A stretch of 63,766 nucleotides of DNA, filler included, from Hyphochytrium catenoides (Eukaryota; Protista; Hyphochytriomycota): the NCBI GenBank assembly GCA_900088475.1. It is 9 parts of 9 records of this genome, joined end to end, with 100 filler letters (N's around TTAATTAATTAA, not from the genome) between each part and the next. Parts side by side here need not be neighbours in the genome. Positions count along the whole stretch, not along the records: positions 14,394 to 45,987 come from FLMG01001865.1; positions 46,088 to 54,146 come from FLMG01003836.1; 7 more parts are not named here. One strand, written 5' to 3'. Shown in pieces: positions 35,801-48,663 of this stretch; within the stretch, counting starts at the first letter, position 1; each line of letters starts with the position of its first letter. Both the position numbers and the translations under genes were made by a program. The notes beneath the pieces are model-generated. The model was not told the origin of the DNA and did no database searches. It worked only from the letters and a program-made list of their open reading frames with translations.

Positions 35801-38491
35801 TAAGGAGGGGTTGTCACCAGCGATTGTATGACCTACTCTGTCACGGTCCCTAGACTCTCCGTCGCAATGGTGACGGTTAGGGCAAAGTCTGAACCTTCTT
35901 GAAGTTCCGCAGCAGCGGGATGCAAGGTGAAAGGGCCTAGCTCTAGAAAATCTTCCTCCTCATCTGTTCCAAGCTTGCCCCTGGCCTTGATGTACTTCTG
36001 ATCTGTCTCTATGGGGCGCAAGCAGATTCTGCAAGCCAAACCCAGCAATGAAGTTAGACACTAAGCATGGACGGCAACCACATCACATTGGTCTACTGGG
36101 CAAGTGGTTTTTAAAGTTCGGCACGGCGAAGGACTTTCTACGGCAAACTAACCTTCCCGCGTTCCCTCGATTTTTGCACCTAAATACTGCGGTGCGGGGG
36201 GCTCCCCGAAGGCAGTGCCCTAGCTCAATGACAGGCGGAAGATCCAACTTTGGCGGCGGGCGCTTGGCTATTAAAGGTACCTAGATGAAACCATCATCAG
36301 CGCGAACAGTGGCATTTTCAAGGTGCTGAGAAGTGGATTTGGAACTTCAAGGGAAGCAAGATGACTCGACTGTCAACGCTTGTTTAAGAGGAAAGGAAAG
36401 GGGCTTGAGGTCAAAGCAGAAAGTCAGAAGAAGTGAAAAGAGAATAGCCTGAAGCGATTAAAGGACCAACGTTTACCATCTAGCACGAAGAACGAAGAAT
36501 TGACAGCAGAGAGGTAGAACGAGATAAACGCTAGACATAGAAGGGGAGGCGGATGTTGATGACACCGGCCATTAGCTCTACCTCTATTGAGTCTTCCTCT
36601 GTCTCTATCACAAAGCTATCCTTGAACGCGCCAAGAGAGTTAGGAGTAAAGCGTATCACTACCTCCACCGCCAAACCACTCGCCACTCTGCCACTCTCTC
36701 CTTGAGGGAAGCGAACCTTTTCTAGCCAAAAGTGCTGAGTCTTGGGCTTCAACAAGCGTAGACGTTGAGCAGATGTGCTGCAGTTGACAAGAGAAACTGA
36801 ACAGAAATATTCTTTGCCGACTTCGAAAGAAGAGAAAGTGGCGACGGAGGGCTCTGCTCGGAAAAAGGGCACGCTGCTTCTGCTCGGTGAAGATGGTGCT
36901 GCGGAGTTACTGCTGTATAACTTCGCATTCCTATTCATTCGACTAATTATCTTCTCATTCTCACGGATAATGTGAGCTGTAGGGCAACACGACATGGATG
37001 GAGCGGAAGGAAAGAGGCGAAGAAAGGCCAGGCGGGACAAGCGGAAACATCATCAGGTCAGGTTACACGACACAGTAAAGCATTGAATGGCCTCACCAGG
37101 TAAAGGAGCTGGAGGCCGCTCTTTCATCTTTAGTACTTCCTCCCGGGATGACGCAGCCTGACAATACAGCCGACCGTTAGAGGAACTTCAGGTCAAGCAC
37201 CGTGGTGGAGATCTTTGGGGTGGGGAATAAATGAATAAAAGACCTTCATTTCATCTTCATGGGGAGCTGCGTCCGTTGCGTTTCTGCTTAGCTTTTGAAG
37301 CCTTGAGATTCATCGTTCAGAAGAAGAGGTGGGGTAAATAAGTGAGAACTACGGAAGAGCAAAACATAGAGAATGGTCGATAGCTGACTTTTCATTGGTT
37401 ATCTGCTGTCTGATCTCGCAGCTTTGAGTGGAGTTCAGATACCCTGGAGCTTCAGGGATATATGTGGCAGCCTTTGCCTTGGCTGTTGGGCCATTGCCAC
37501 TCAGGTCTAAGGCCTGCAACTGGAGCTCTTCAATTATTCCGCCAGCCGATAGAAGCTTTGCGGAGAAGGGTCCTAGATAGATTGAAAGGTAAGGCTCTTA
37601 CTGTGCCTACGACGACTATTGTTTCTCTAGTTGGTTCTCTCTGTGTCCTGCGCCTTACCAAAGCTTTGTAAGCGCTGAGGGTCAAGGGATATTGCCGAGG
37701 GCCCCATGGGAATGTCCGTCTTTAACTGCAAACCGCGTTGGCGCAACTCTGCTGCCTCTTTCGTGTCTAGCTCCACTGCTCTTTCCTGCTCTGCCTTCAG
37801 ATACTTGATAAGTCCACGCGCAAGCTTTTGTTGCTGGTTTATAGCGCGGAAACGCGGGAGGATCCTCTGTTAGGACGCGCAGGAACGAGGAAGAGAAAAG
37901 CGTGATCGAACCTCTCGTAGCTTCTCATCTAGCTCCTGGAGCTTCTTCGCACAGAGATCCGCGTAATCTGACCTTGGAATACTTGGTCCACATCCTCTGG
38001 AATGCGCTGAAGGCAAACTTTCATAGGCTGAAGGGGGCATTGCTTCCGGAGCTTCGCCCGTGGACGTTGGTTGTCGTAGGTCGCTATCCTTCTCAGTGCT
38101 ATTGGCTGACGAGACGATCGAAAGGGGCGCCGCATCCTCTGAAAGCAGCAAAAAGAGCACGACTCTCAATGCTGGTGTATGACCTCGCAATGCCTATGTT
38201 CTTAGTTCAACGAACCTCCTGTGTCAGGCCTTGCGTCGGGCTCTCTTTGATGCTCGTTGCCTTCGACACGCCGAGTGTCCTCCGTGTAGAACTCTTTGAA
38301 GGCCCGTACAATAATATGAGATACAGTTCCTAGCTGTTGCCGCGGGTCTTGGTCAGTTCAGAGTTGCAGGAGGAATGGCGGGCAGCCGAACATTTACTTA
38401 CCGCTATGATATCATCGTCATGGTCAGCATCTGGCTTCGCTGTCAGAGGAGGAGCAGCAATAGACTCCGAAGGGAGCGCCTCCACATTCAT
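29814..38491 (-). CDS. DLEC1: DLEC1/CFAP81 (central-pair protein with multiple ASH/Ig-like domains), multi-exon, gap at 31210-31253
   Basis: VSHIIVRAFKEFY; AEPSVATFSSFEVGKEY..LVNCS..RLRLLKPKTQHF..GRVASG..FTPNSLGAFKD..RPPPKL..LGHCL; repeated P-x-x-G-x-L-x-P ASH motifs; C-terminal EVTFTP..YRCRF..LEGKGAFEE. Confidence 0.85.
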
Positions 38492-39375
38492 GCTGCCAAT
38501 AACGTGATGAAAAGTGCCCACCTAAGCCTCCGCCGTAGTGAGGAACCGCTCGATAGTGTGATTCATGGTCGGCTCCAGTCTCCCCATGAGTGGCATAGCG
38601 TGGAACCTATCAATCATCTTGCCGCTAGCCGGCCAACATAAAGGTCTCAGGATAAGGGATCTACTCCTTAGCCATCGTGGCCTTGACGCGACATATAAGC
38701 TCTCTCCCCCTGCTCTCAGCTTCCAGCTCCGCCCAAGCCAAGGATCGACGGCCGTGCAGCTTCCCGCCGTAGCGCACTCCTATGGGCTCCTTTATCCCAG
38801 GCGAGGACTGAGGGTTGAAAGCGGTTCCTGGTCGTTACACAGCATTCTCATCATGAAGCTGCTGAAACCTTAAGGCGTGCCCTATTCAGAATAACCATTA
38901 GACATAGCGCGATGTATCCGTGATAATAGAACTACATCATCAAGTATATACGAAGGAGTCTCCAGAATAATCTCTTCAATCAGACCCAGTATCAGTGATA
39001 GAATACACTTGTCTGTGGACCATTCTTTCCTTCATCAACGTAGGTTCTACCTGAGGTCCCATCGGACAGGGTTTGTTTGGGGAGCGGAGACGCGAACCAT
39101 TCACCGACCAGCGCGGTGCCGAACCACTGGAGGAGCTCCTTCTCCCTTCCCTTTCTTATGGTCAGACAGGAGGGACTTGGGTCCGTTTGCTGCTGCCGGC
39201 GTGGAGACTCTCGCCTGTCATCGCTAATAAGAGGCCTTCGGATCTGACTATTCTGAGCTTCCAGATACCATCAGAAGCTCTACAAGTTGCTGCTGCGCTG
39301 ATTGAGAAAAGGAGCGCTGCTTGTTGAGGGCCGGGAAGCTCGCCACTAGGACAAGAGAGTGCCAACCTGAGTCTC

Positions 39376-41605
39376 ATGGTAAGTAGAATGACTTTGTTAC
39401 TATTGAATGCTCGAGTGCTCATAGGTTGACTATGGGCTCCTTCGTAAACTAGGCGCTATACGTATTGTTTGAGTCTGCCTCGGGCTATGGCCTATTTGAG
39501 GCTGTGGAGAAGGAGGAGGTGGCTTCTCTGGCAGAGGAGGTATGTGAACCTTGTCGGCTCTAGGTTGGGCTCTGCCCGATTGCTGAAGTAATTGTGCTTG
39601 TAGGTCCAGAACTCCGTGCTGGACCTTCAGAAGTTTAGCAAGATTATCAAGTTTAAGGCATTTCAGCCATTCAAATCTGCAGAGAATGCGCTGGAGAACA
39701 TCAATGCCGTCTCAGAAGGCATCATGACAGACGACCTTCAGAACTTTCTTGAAATGAACCTGCCCAAAGTGAAAGCGGGCAAGAAAGCCAAATTCTCCCT
39801 GGGCGTGGTACGTTGACTTCGTAGCTTGCTTGCATCCCATGATGGTCATAACTGAACTGTGCTTCACTCCTTATTCAAACTGGATGTCAGATCGAACCCA
39901 AGGTTGGCCAGGCTGTTCAGGAGAGGCTGAACTTTCCTTGCAAGTCAAATGAGACCATCTTGGAGATCATTCGTGGCATTAGGTAGGTTATAACAGTATG
40001 GACTGTAGGCATTATCTTCAGCTGACGACCCTCCGTTGTTGACCATCGATAAGACTGCACTTCCATAAGTTTGTCCACCAACTGGACAATGGAGGACTTG
40101 AGAAGGCACAACTTGGTTTGGGCCACAGCTACTCAAGAGCAAAGGTCAAGTTCAACGTAAACAGGGCGGACAATATGATCATACAGAGCATCTCACTCCT
40201 TGACCAGGTAAAAGTCCACGGCACGCACTGTCGCGCTTTTACTCTCCTATAGTCTTACATTTATCCTTGCCTCCACGCCACTATTTCCAGCTGGACAAAG
40301 ACCTGAACACCTTTGCTATGAGAGTGCGGGAATGGTATTCCTGGCACTTCCCAGAGCTTGTGCGAATTGTCAATGACAATTACGTCTATGCGCGCTGTGC
40401 CGCTTACATCGGAGACCGCTCTAAGCTGACGGAAGAGAAGCTGCAGGGCTTGGAAGAGATCGTTATGGATGAGGAGAAAGCAAAGTCCATTATTCAGGTC
40501 AGTTCTTGGCGGCATGGTGCAGCTCCAGTCTCTACCTGTTCTTCTTTAATCTCTTTTACAATTATGTGTTAGTTGTTGCCTATGTACCGTCATTTTTGAC
40601 GTGAATGCTTGGGCTGATCTCGTCACCTGGCCCTCCTAACGTAACGCAGGCTGCCAAGATGTCGATGGGCATGGATATGTCAGATATTGATATGGTGAAC
40701 GTACATAACTTCACTACTCGGTTGATCAAGCTCGCTGAGTACCGCAAGCAGCTGCACGAGTACCTTGTCAGCAAGATGCAGCACGTAGCTCCGAATCTTG
40801 GTGCTCTCATTGGCGAGATGGTGGCTGCAAGGCTTATCTCACACGCTGGATCCCTCACTAATCTCGCAAAGGTGTGTCTTCCGTGGTCCGTTATGACTTG
40901 AAAATAAGATGGCGCTGACAAGAATGCTTTTCATTCGGCCTTCTCCCTGAACCTCTTGATTCGTGGGTGGTGGGTGAATCCTGTCTCTCCAGTGCCCTGC
41001 TTCGACAGTACAGATTCTTGGGGCTGAGAAAGCTCTATTTAGAGCACTGAAGACCCGTGGAAACACCCCGAAGTACGGACTTATCTTCCACTCCTCCTTT
41101 ATTGGCCGGGCGTCTGCCAAAAACAAAGGCAGAATATCGCGCTATCTGGCCAATAAGTGCTCAATTGCTTCTCGTATTGACTCTTTTATTGACGAGCCGA
41201 CGACAAAGTACGGTGAGAAGATGAGAGATCAGGTGGAGGAGCGGTTGGCATTCTACGATACGGGCGCCACTCCAAAGAAGAATGTCGATGTCATGGCAGA
41301 AGTGGCAGGAGAACTAGCGAAAGCAAAGAAGAAGGCTGAGAAGAAGAAGAAGAAGAGAAAGCTGGAGGAAGAGGATGGTAAGATATATTTCTGCTTGCAT
41401 GGCAGCTGTCTCCGTTCTCACGGATGGACCTCGCTGTCCTACAGGTGACCAAGAGGAGGAACAACCTGAACCCAAAAGTGCCAAGAAATCTAAGAAGGCA
41501 AAGAAGGAGAAGGCAGAGGAGGAGACACCTGTGCCTGACGAGACCGAGGAAAAGGAGAGCAAAAAGAGTGAAAAGAAGAAAAAGAAGAAGAAGAGCAAGG
41601 ATTAG
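39376..41605 (+). CDS. NOP56: Nucleolar protein 56 (box C/D snoRNP), multi-exon
   Basis: ATG|gtaagt first coding exon. [87 protein letters not shown], and a lysine-rich tail. Confidence 0.97.
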
Positions 41606-41779
41606 GCACCCAGCCCTTCATTCCTCGAGTGTTTTTTCTCTCTCTTTTGCTGCTTCAACCAATTACCTTCCTCTCGTCCACCCTGTCGCTGTAGCTTATG
41701 CATCTATCAACACTAATAAACCTTCGTGGTTCTTATGAAATATTCCCTTTTTGGAACTGCTCCCGTCGTTATTCGGTTG

Positions 41780-43990
41780 GTTCAACCAGCAAGATGCTCG
41801 ACGTGGGACAAGAATTCGAAGATCCCATCTGATATTAATAACTTATAGTCTGTGTGAACCTTGTCCGCGACTATGGAAATGTTCTCTGTCGATTGTCGAC
41901 GACGACTCAAAAGTCCCATGATATTCAGCGGGTGCTTCAGGGGCTTGCGCTCTACTTGGCGACGGGTAGAGAGCCAGAAAGGTCCTCCTTGGACCATTGA
42001 CTACAAGTAGGTCGTTGGTCCTCTACCATATTCTTCAATAAGGAGGACCAGCCTTACTATTTGCTCTCTTTCTCATCAAACCCTCAGGGCTGAGAACATC
42101 CTATTGGCGTCTATCCTTTCCATTTTATAAAACTATCCACCACTAATAACGGAAAGTCCATCATCGATAGGTTTTGCAAGGATGTAGTTCTCCATCACCA
42201 AGATATCGTCGGACATCACAAGGTGATGACATGAATTCATTGCCAAAGGCTTCAGTTGTGCCTTCTGTCAGAGAAGAATGGCTCATGAGGGCAGAAAAAG
42301 AGGAAATATACTGGAAATATGCACTAGTTACAACTGCTTCACGGTGTCACCAACTTTAATCATGCCCTTTCTTTTCCCTGACAATATTGAGGCACTTGAT
42401 GCTTTGTGAGAAGTGGGTCAAGATACCAAGGAAATGAAGGATGACGGCTGCTGGTAGCTCAATCAAGTACTTACAAGATGAGGTCAAAACGTTAGAAAAA
42501 GCAAGGGAAGTGAAGACAAGAGGTCCTGGGTATACGATTCGCGAAGGAGTTCTTGCCAGGAGTTTTGTCGTGGAGGTCGCGGTCTTCTCGCGTTGCCTGG
42601 ATCAGCTGGTACAGTGCGGTAAGCTGGTGGCTTTTATATTGGTCTTTTCGTCAGCATTACATCTAACTCGAGAGGTAGTCTGGCGAACCACAGCGTTGGC
42701 ATGAAAGGCGTCAACGTTTGCTGTTGCGGGTAGCAACATAACTGTAGCATCCCTCCACGTTTCTACCTCCTATAATAAGAGAAAGGAGTATCCAGGCTCC
42801 GCACTAAGCCCGCGAACCAGCAAGAAGAGATCCGAGATAGGTAGGAGTTCTAGTTGTGGAAAGGAGCCGCAATTGGTAGTGCTAACATTATCTACCGGCT
42901 CATCTTGGAGCTTGAGGTAGAGAAAGACCGTGGCTACCGCACAATGGTACAAAGCATAGTTCCTGCTCATGGTTGTACTGACGCTTCCCATTAGCTTATT
43001 TAGCTAGTCCATACTCCTTGCCCTCCCATCACTCACACAGCAGGCTACGCACAGGAGGTAGTAGGTCGCCTAGAGTCTCGCGAACGGAGTCCTCAACGCA
43101 CATAGGCAGCCCTCAAGTTAATGTAACAAAGCGTAATAAGCTGAGATTCTGATAATTGAGAAAGGCACTGTTGTCTTTCCTCTGAATCGCAATCCGAACG
43201 GCGGCCAATCATGATAGACCTAAAGGATCCATAGAGGTCAAAGAAAGTCATACTGAAGGAACAAGAAGAGGTTCTCAACTCTCAGCCGACAAACAAGTTC
43301 GGGAGCCTCCCTTTTGCATAGATTATAGTCTACACCAGGCAGATTCAGAGACATCAATATCAAATGTTCTGGGGAGGAACAGGGAATAGAAGCGTGAAGG
43401 CAGACTTCAGGGCTAGTCGACCGATGTTCTGTCGTCTTTCCAGGCTGCCAAAGCTAGCGTCCTGTTCTGCATCCTTTCGACAGGGGAAGTAGAAATGCGA
43501 TTCTTCTAGCAAGGCAAGGTAGAAAGGGATAAGGGTAGAAGAACTATCAAGGAAGAAAGGGTGAAAGTGAACCGAGCCGTAGTTCTTGGTATGAGAAGAC
43601 ACTTCAGAATAGGTTCTTGTCAAGCGGGGGAACCTTGGGCGAAGTAGTGCGTGTCTCCCTTTCTAGAAACTCTAAAAAGAAGTACTTTCCTGCATCCCTC
43701 CATCGCCTAGTGGTGCGTAGAAAACGCAGTTTCCTCGTTGAGGAGCGGAAGGAACACACTCTATTTTTCCTCATTCGGATAACAACAGGGAACGGAGTGC
43801 TCTTTCCTGCTCTGGAAGCCCCTTCTCTACTCTCCTGACCAGGAAGGTTTCTGCTCTTCGACACCGCCAGAACCCCCAGAACCTGCTCTTCTTCTTCTTC
43901 ACGCTCCCCCGTTCGCGGTCGCGGTCGTGGTAGTACAAAGAGATGGGTTGTGGCCGGTCAAAAGGAACTCGAGGCTCCACACTCCCAACG
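41780..43990 (-). mobile_element. Probable decayed Crypton (tyrosine-recombinase DNA transposon) relic
   Basis: Fragmented frames in the expected order: LRAAYVR (~43117-43096), MD*..NGKRQY/MSRNYALYHCAVATVFLYL (~43012-42914; compare KTNxxGKxxY..RH..CPVxALxxYL), and an HxxR-like HA./RCGS across a frameshift (~42703-42683). Many stops, no introns, no microsatellites. Ends are approximate. Confidence 0.45.
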
Positions 43991-44288
43991 CTGGTTGGGC
44001 ACCTCTAATAATATCAAGGGGAGCCTAGGTGCAGCAGGGAATCCCCACAGAACCCGTTCTACATACAGCAGGTAGAGAGCACGTAGAACGACTACTGTTT
44101 TGTAAGGTGAATTGGGTATAAGTAGCACCAGAAAAGTTCAGGCGCTATTGTTCAAGTCTACTTACATATACTACGGCTTCTATATACAAGGTAGACTGTC
44201 TGCAAGTTAAGTGAGGCACCACTGACGGTCGGTACTTGTACTTGTATAAGAAGTACCGTTGGTAGAGTACTCTACTCTTGTATAGACC

Positions 44289-44348
44289 ATAGTCCCAGGC
44301 CATAGGAAATAGTCCCAGGCCATGGTAATATTTCCAGGCCATAGGTAA
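44289..44348. repeat. Three tandem copies of a ~20-bp unit (ATAGTCCCAGGCCATAGGWA)
   Basis: Copies start at 44289, 44309 and 44328. Confidence 0.85.
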
Positions 44349-45347
44349 TGTGGGGTTGCCTCTGTCTCACGACCTAGCTCATAGGTCTATTATTATCACG
44401 GCCATCATTCCAAAGAAGCAAAGAGCTACATTCTAGAACTATGGCAACCTCCCAGATACGGTTCTCACGAACTTGTTCCTCTGTCAAAGCAGGTGTTCCT
44501 GGCCCATGAAGAACTCAGAAGTGAAGAACGTTTGATCAAGATCAAGATCAAGAAAATCTCCTTTGTAAGGAAGAGCCATAGGTTTTTCACTTCGGCAAGG
44601 AGAAGCTTCTAGCGTTCTATCAGAAGCACCACCTGTCAGAATGATCTTTTCTGTGAACTGGCTTACTCTTACTGGATCTTGAAAGAGAAGAAAGAGGTGC
44701 TTCTCACTGGAGCGTCAGAGACAGGAAGCCAGCCTTTCTTTCTTTTAGGCGGCTCCCTGACGCTACCTTTGTGAGTTGTTTGTGGCCTTGTTGGTGAGAG
44801 GAAGAGGCAATCATACCTGGCTCTGAAGCGCTAGATAATGCTCGGTCTCCCACTCTTGGACTCATTTTACTTTGCCAGCTCAGCCCAGCACCTATTGCTT
44901 GCCCAGAAGAAATTGAAAGGCGTATGCTCCAAAGGGGAACAGATGCGGGCGTTTGCCCGGCCATGAGAAGGATGAGAATGCCATCTTCTAGCGGTCCGAA
45001 TCTCCATAAAGAAGGGCCTTCCTGAAGGGCCTTCCTGGGCTCCTTATGACCTCAGCCATAACGAAGGTGATCATGGCTTGAAGTAACTAAGACAAGAAGC
45101 GCCTTGTGTCTTGAGAGGTTGGCCTGACACTCAGGAGCACTAGCACTCCTTGTCACAGAGGTATCAACAAATGCCACTCCCCTTGTACTCATTATCCAAT
45201 TTCCGGGCTTCTTCGCAAGCGAGCTCTCTTATAGCAACAACAGATTGCAGGAACTAATACCTTCTGCAGTCTGGATACCGAAACCCTCTTCCTCCTTGAA
45301 CAAGGTTTACACCCGACGAAGAGCAACGTTTATCTTCCGGACCAATC

Positions 45348-45987
45348 ATGAAGGGAAGTTCTATCTCGGCGTGCCTCCTAGTGCTGGCACTCGCAAGCAG
45401 CCCAGTTCTCTCCGAAAACAAGCGTTCCGCCTCCGAGCTTGGCCTTAAAAGCACCAATGACGCTAAGGGGCCAGTAGTGCGCCAGCTTCAGTTTGGTGAC
45501 TTCTTTGGCGGTGGAGGTGGAGGCGGAAGTACCGGTGGTGATTCTGGAGGATTCGGTGGAGGAGGTTTTGGAGGCTTTGGTGGGGGAGATTCCGGAGGAG
45601 GATCTGCAAACTTCGGTGGCATGTTTGGCGGAAGCGGCGGTGGAGGTGGAGATTTCGGCGGAGCTTCGTGGCCACAGCCTGCTCCTTCAATGGACTGGTC
45701 CTCACCTGCACCTTCAATGGACTGGTCCTCACCTGCACNNNNNNNNNNNNNNNNNNNNNNNNNNNNNNNNNNNNNACTGGGCAGTTCCAGCACCTGACGC
45801 TGCCGTGCCACAGCCTGCGCCTGCCATGGACTGGGCAGTTCCAGCACCTGAAGCTACCCTGCCACAGCCTGAGCAAGAGGCTCCTGCCGTTGTACCTGAG
45901 CAGCCGATAGAGCCTGCCCCCCAGAGTACCCCTGCCGCTGGTGAAGACATTCCTGTCACCCCTGTAGAGTCTCCTGTCACCCCTGCT
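45348..45987 (+). CDS. Secreted Gly-rich / Pro-rich repeat protein, 3'-truncated by the scaffold end
   Basis: Signal peptide MKGSSISACLLVLALASSPVLS, then RQLQ, GGFGG repeats, PAPSMDWSS and PAPAMDWAVPAP repeats (collapsed at gap 45739-45775) and a P/E/V/T-rich stalk. Confidence 0.8.
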
Positions 45988-46087
45988 NNNNNNNNNNNNN
46001 NNNNNNNNNNNNNNNNNNNNNNNNNNNNNNNTTAATTAATTAANNNNNNNNNNNNNNNNNNNNNNNNNNNNNNNNNNNNNNNNNNNN

Positions 46088-46272
46088 GTGTCGTCCGAGA
46101 ACTGATAAAGAGCCTGAACGCTATTATTTAGCTCCCGCGCAGCCTGATGCATGGCTAGAGAGAGAGAGAGAGAGAGAAAGAATGTGAGAAAGAGAGAAAG
46201 AGTGTATGTAAGTGAGAGAGGGAAGAGAGAGAGAAAAGGACAGAGAAAGAGAGAGAGACAGAGACGGAGAGA

Positions 46273-46310
<38 letters not shown>

Positions 46311-46852
46311 AAGAGAAAGAGAGAGACGGAGAAAGAAAGAGAAAGAGAGAAGGAGATTTTGCCGGAACAAGCTTGAGGGAGGAAAGGGAGAGAGAGAGAA
46401 GAGCTACGTTGGATGCGGAGAGCAAAGAGAACGAAATGTGTGAGAGAGAGAGAGGGAGAGGGAGAGAAAAGAGAGAGAAAGAGGGAGAAAGAGAAACTGT
46501 CTCTCCCACCATTGAAGGCATGCTGATAGCTCTCAAGAGAGAGGGCGACGCCACGGACAAGTCTCTCCACGTTCTCAAACGTTTGATTTGCTTGGTCAAA
46601 GCTAACATTCGGACTGGGCTTCCGCATCCCGATGGAGTTTTTGATCTAGAGAGAGAGAGAGAGTGAGAGAGAGAGTGAGAGAGAGAGTATGACAAAAAGA
46701 GTGAAAGAGAGAGATAAAGAAAGGAAGAGAGAGAGAGTGACAGAGAGGGAGAGCGCGAAGGAACGAGAGAAAGAAGAAAGAAGGAAAGAGAGAGAGAGAG
46801 AGTGAGAGATAGAGTATGACAAAAAGGGTGAAAGAGAGAGATAAAGAAAGGA

Positions 46853-46883
<31 letters not shown>

Positions 46884-47156
46884 AGAAAGAAGGAAAGAGA
46901 GAGAGAGAGAGAGAGATTATACGTGAGATATGAGAAGAAGACAGAGAGACGGAGATCAATGAGAGAGAGAAAAAGAGGAAGAGGGGGAAGAGAGAAAAGG
47001 GAGGCCAGGAAGAGAGAGGCTTGCGTGTGCACCAGAAGGAGAGAGAGAGAGATAGCGTGGATGTTAGAAAAAGAGTGAGAGAGAGAGAGAGAAAGGAAAC
47101 AGAGAGGAGACTGGGGCGATTACCTTGAGCTCCGTCATCTTCATTGCGGAGGACAT
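46088..47156 (-). CDS. N-BAR (amphiphysin-like) domain protein, 5' part
   Basis: Exons 47156-47124, 46645-46510 and 46154-46088 join to MSSAMKMTELKIKNSIGMRKPSPNVSFDQANQTFENVERLVRGVALSLESYQHAFNAMHQAARELNNSVQALY, which fits BAR helix 0 and helix 1. Confidence 0.6.
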
Positions 47157-47463
47157 CTTTCTCTTCTCTTTCCTCTTCTTTCCCTACTTCTTCCCTAAGC
47201 ACCGTAGCTCTCTCCGTCTCGGTCTTCCCGAACGACTTTCTCTCTCTCTCTCTTTCTCTTCTCTTTTTTCAAAGCTCTCAGCAATTGGAGCTTGTCTTTG
47301 CGAGAGAAATCTCAAGACTTAGGGAGAGAGGCAGCTGCGCGGCGCGGGAGGTGGGAGACACGGATAGGGAGAGAGAGAGAAAGAGAGAGAGACGATATCG
47401 AACACGGAGAGAGAGAGGGAGAGGACAGAGAGAGAGAATGGGCAGCTCAATAAAGTAAAGAGC

Positions 47464-47519
<56 letters not shown>

Positions 47520-47676
47520 GCGTGAACGAGAGAGAAGGGAAAGGAAACAGCGGAGAGGTTGGAAGAAAGGTGCCGTTATTATAGTGTGAAAGCTTGGAGG
47601 TGAGTAAGATAACAGACGGTACAGCTAGAGAGGTAAAGAGAGAGCGAGAATGGAGGGGAGAGAGAGAAAGAGTAAA

Positions 47677-47715
<39 letters not shown>

Positions 47716-47845
47716 ATGATGGGTGCAGAAGGCACCCGACAGGAGAAAACGCCAAAGCTCATCTCGCTTTCCCATCACTGACTCTTTCTCCCATCTTGTC
47801 TGGTCCTCCCTTGCATTCAGTGTCTCTTCATTCTGCCTGCTAGGT

Positions 47846-47884
<39 letters not shown>

Positions 47885-48602
47885 GTCTCTCTCACTTTCT
47901 CTCTCACTCTCTCTGTCTCTCTCACTTTCTCTCTCTCTCTCTCTCTTTCTGTCTCTGTCTCTCTCACTTTCTCTCTCACTCTCTCTCTCTGTCTCTGTCT
48001 CTCTCACTCGCTCTCTCTGTCTCTGTCTCTCTCACTTTCTCTCTCTCTCTCTCTTTCTGGGGTCTCTCTCTCTCTCTCTCTCTCGCCCAGTGGGAAGAGT
48101 TTGTAACTCCCAAGTCAAATCGTAATCTATAGATCTCGAACCCGACAAAAAGGATAATACAATTTCGATACCAATACTTTTCTTAGGATAATCCTACCGA
48201 AAAGAGGAAAATAGACAGTTCCGAAGTCGGCCTAACATTGTATTAGGGGACATTACAAGGTCCCGAAAATAAAATCGATTCGAAGAGGCGTAGTTACTAG
48301 CTTTCGGTTATCGAGGTATTGTGATGACTGATCCCAGGTTCTCGATAATTTCTCTATGTTTCTACTTGTGATTTTTAAAAAGTTTATTGGATTTTTATAA
48401 ATCTATTCGCGGTTTTATTGCCTTTTTTCAGGACGATTGCTAGTATAATAGCGACACAAACAGTTTATTATGATGAGACTTCGGTTCTTCGTGACTCTTC
48501 TTTTTCATTTTTCTTCTTCTTCTTCTTCTTCTTCTTCTTCTTCTTCTTCTTCTTTGTCTAGCACTAGAAGATCAGAGGGAAAGAAAGAGAGAGATAGAAG
48601 AG

Positions 48603-48663
<61 letters not shown>

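Noticed and set aside
46036-48106. Long SL/ER-rich ORFs here and at 472-990, 5156-5567, 52344-53038 and similar places
   Set aside because: They are translations of (GA/CT)n tracts, which contain no stop codons.
48110-48480. AT-rich island (also 11250-11780) as an ncRNA or transposon end
   Set aside because: No TIR, TSD, ORF or RNA motif could be identified.
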